A stretch of DNA of 61,070 nucleotides, the filler included. It is 7 parts of 7 records of this genome, joined end to end, with 100 filler letters (N's around TTAATTAATTAA, not from the genome) between each part and the next. Parts side by side here need not be neighbours in the genome. Positions count along the whole stretch, not along the records: positions 52,477 to 61,070 come from SRR31156797_29810; 6 more parts are not named here. One strand, 5' to 3'. Of the stretch, positions 59,515-61,070 are shown in pieces. How positions within the stretch are numbered: position 1 is the first letter of the stretch; every line of letters starts with the position of its first letter. The notes beneath the pieces are model-generated. The model was not told the origin of the DNA and searched no databases. It worked only from the letters and a program-made list of their open reading frames with translations. Position numbers and translations under genes: made by a program.

Positions 59515-60704
59515 TCTCCCGTCCTCTCCACAGTCTCGCCGAAGTTCTTCAAGACCTCTCCCTCATAGCCGTAGATAAATCTTGCGTTCTCAAAGAGCTG
59601 AAAGGGAAAGGTGAAGCCTATCCTCTTGGCGGTCCGGAAGTTGATGGCTATATCAGGCGGCGTGACGATCCCCACCGGCAGCTCGCCGGGGAGGATGTTC
59701 CCCTTCAGGATCTCAATGGCGTACTGGGTAGCCAGCTCCGCCACCGAAGCCCTGTTGATTCCTATGGCCATCAGGGGACTCTCCAGGCCGGATCCTACCG
59801 TATCGGGGACCGAGGAGATCACGGGAATCTGCCTGGTGCTCTCGGACAGGGTCTCCAGTTCGGTAAAGATATTGGTGCTGGAGGTGAGCCAGAACACCGA
59901 GTGGTTCATCCCCGGGTCGCTGCCCTGGAAGTAGCTGAAAGCCTCTCCCAGCTTCTCCCGGATGGTATCCTTGATATCCTCCCCCTCCAGGGTGGGGATA
60001 GCGCATTTGTACACCCCGATGTCCATATCCAGAGATTCCAGATACTCCACGAAGGGATCGACCTCGGCGTCCACCACCTTGGTATGGTCCGGATCGTAGA
60101 GGATGGCGATGCTCTTCAGATCGGGCACGGCCTTGAACAGCCACTCCGTGTTGATCTTCATGGGAACGTTAACCGAGGTAAAGGCGATGTTAGTACCGCT
60201 TCCCGATTTGTAGTCGCCGACCTGACCGTTCAGAACGGGATCCTTGTTGACGCAGGTGACCACGGGGATCTCCTCCCCCTGGAAGTGGTTATGGGCATGG
60301 GCCGTGGATTCGGAGCCCATGGCGATCAGGATATCCGCATCGATCATCCTGGTGAACTCAAACACATCCCGAGCCAGGTCCTCCCTCTTGTTGCAGTTAT
60401 AGGTATAGACCTCGATATCGGGGATGTGTCTGCCCATCACCTTCAGAAAGGTGTTGAAAGCGGTGATATAGCTGGACGACTTCTTGGCAATCAGCACGAC
60501 CACGGTATAATCGAATTCGGCGACGTCCCTCCGCCAGTAACGGCGCCCCGGAATCCCCTGGTCATAGCTATCGTAATCCCAGAACTCCTCATTTCCGTCT
60601 GTGAACTTCAGCCAGGAAAGGTCCGTCGGCTCCGCCGAGAAAACAAACAAAGGGTTGAGTATAAAAACCAGGAAAAGGATCCTGAAAACAAGCCTGAAAC
60701 GCAT
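59511..60704 (-). CDS. Periplasmic solute-binding protein (ABC_sub_bind-like, type I fold)
   Basis: Signal peptide; ILIAMGS, IPVV...DPV..G, NIAFTS, VPDLKSIAILYD, IPVIS, ILKG..PGELPV, INFRTAKRIG; RBS AAGGGG; ATGA overlap with the next gene. Confidence 0.85.
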   Translation of the reverse strand: MRFRLVFRILFLVFILNPLFVFSAEPTDLSWLKFTDGNEEFWDYDSYDQGIPGRRYWRRDVAEFDYTVVVLIAKKSSSYITAFNTFLKVMGRHIPDIEVYTYNCNKREDLARDVFEFTRMIDADILIAMGSESTAHAHNHFQGEEIPVVTCVNKDPVLNGQVGDYKSGSGTNIAFTSVNVPMKINTEWLFKAVPDLKSIAILYDPDHTKVVDAEVDPFVEYLESLDMDIGVYKCAIPTLEGEDIKDTIREKLGEAFSYFQGSDPGMNHSVFWLTSSTNIFTELETLSESTRQIPVISSVPDTVGSGLESPLMAIGINRASVAELATQYAIEILKGNILPGELPVGIVTPPDIAINFRTAKRIGFTFPFQLFENARFIYGYEGEVLKNFGETVERTGE

Positions 60705-60990
60705 CGTATGCCCCTTATGAGTATCCAACTTTTTGTCTTTATTGTAATTATTATATCACAGCAATTCCATTATTTATCGACACGAAAGCCCATTCCCTTG
60801 AATACCAGGGCCATTGCCTGAACGCCCGGGCGCTCGGACCTCCGGGAGCAAAATACGCGGAATACCCGTTGCCGGCCCTTGAGCAAAATATGAGTTAAAT
60901 CCTATGATACATGGCATTAGTCATCACTAAGCCATCACCGGAATATAACAAAATCAATATCGTACTTGATAGAATACAGGAAAGGGAACA

Positions 60991-61070
60991 ATGAGAAACT
61001 ATCTGACGGCTCAGGAAGTCTCGAAAGAGCTCGTTTCAGTGGGAGTAAAGAAAGCGAACAGGCCCCTGGG
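60991..61070 (+). CDS. Probable formate/nitrite transporter (FNT) N-terminus; 3'-partial
   Basis: RBS AGGAAAGGG; MRNYLTAQEVSKELVSVGVKKANRPL resembles FNT N-termini. Only 26 codons are visible. Confidence 0.45.
   Translation, partial: MRNYLTAQEVSKELVSVGVKKANRPL

Noticed and set aside
37597-60704. Functional link between the cNMP-binding protein (contig 5) and the adenylate cyclase operon (contig 7)
   Set aside because: They lie on different contigs, apparently from different organisms, with an archaeal contig between them.
52784-60821. Long plus-strand ORFs (52784-53917, 54534-56285, 57259-59568, 59901-60821)
   Set aside because: Antisense shadows of well-supported minus-strand genes in GC-rich DNA; no recognisable motifs.
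1-61070. rRNA, tRNA, CRISPR arrays, intact integrases or transposases
   Set aside because: None recognised by eye. A tRNAscan-SE, Infernal and CRISPR-finder run would be needed to exclude short or divergent elements.

Overview
This window is not one locus. It is seven unrelated metagenomic contigs joined by 100-bp artificial spacers (N44-TTAATTAATTAA-N44); taxonomic labels below are inferred from gene content and composition. (1) 1-11030, Bacteroidota-like: the right end of an AT-rich island (N6-adenine methyltransferase, a coupled unknown gene, an IS21 scar) abuts a 5'-truncated comM/yifB, followed by an ORF6N pseudogene and housekeeping genes (ppa, M14 peptidase, folA, thyA, ion channel, ald). 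(2) 11131-16876, Campylobacterota-like: leuC, Tat-type SQR-family flavoprotein, coaE, short SpeE-like gene, purM, TPR fragment. (3) 16977-26368, Bacteroidota xylan PUL: SusC, SusD, surface lipoprotein, CBM4-interrupted GH10, GH30. (4) 26469-34593, Bacteroidota: three tandem LytS-type kinases (one His-less) with one LytTR regulator, plus metabolic genes. (5) 34694-42172, Desulfobacterota-like: acyl-CoA ligase, porin with a likely sigma54 promoter, split-NBD ABC exporter, stand-alone cNMP-binding protein, deacetylase, glycosyltransferase. (6) 42273-52376, Methanosarcinaceae-like archaeon: SSADH plus ThDP decarboxylase, ferredoxin pseudogene, betaine-type ABC importer, Trm5-like methyltransferase. 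(7) 52477-61070, GC-rich bacterium. The best candidate for an undescribed system is in contig 7: a tightly coupled operon of an orphan solute-binding protein, a sensor-MFS transporter fused to a catalytically degenerate class III cyclase domain, an intact membrane adenylate cyclase, and a SulP-STAS transporter. I saw no rRNA, tRNA or CRISPR array.
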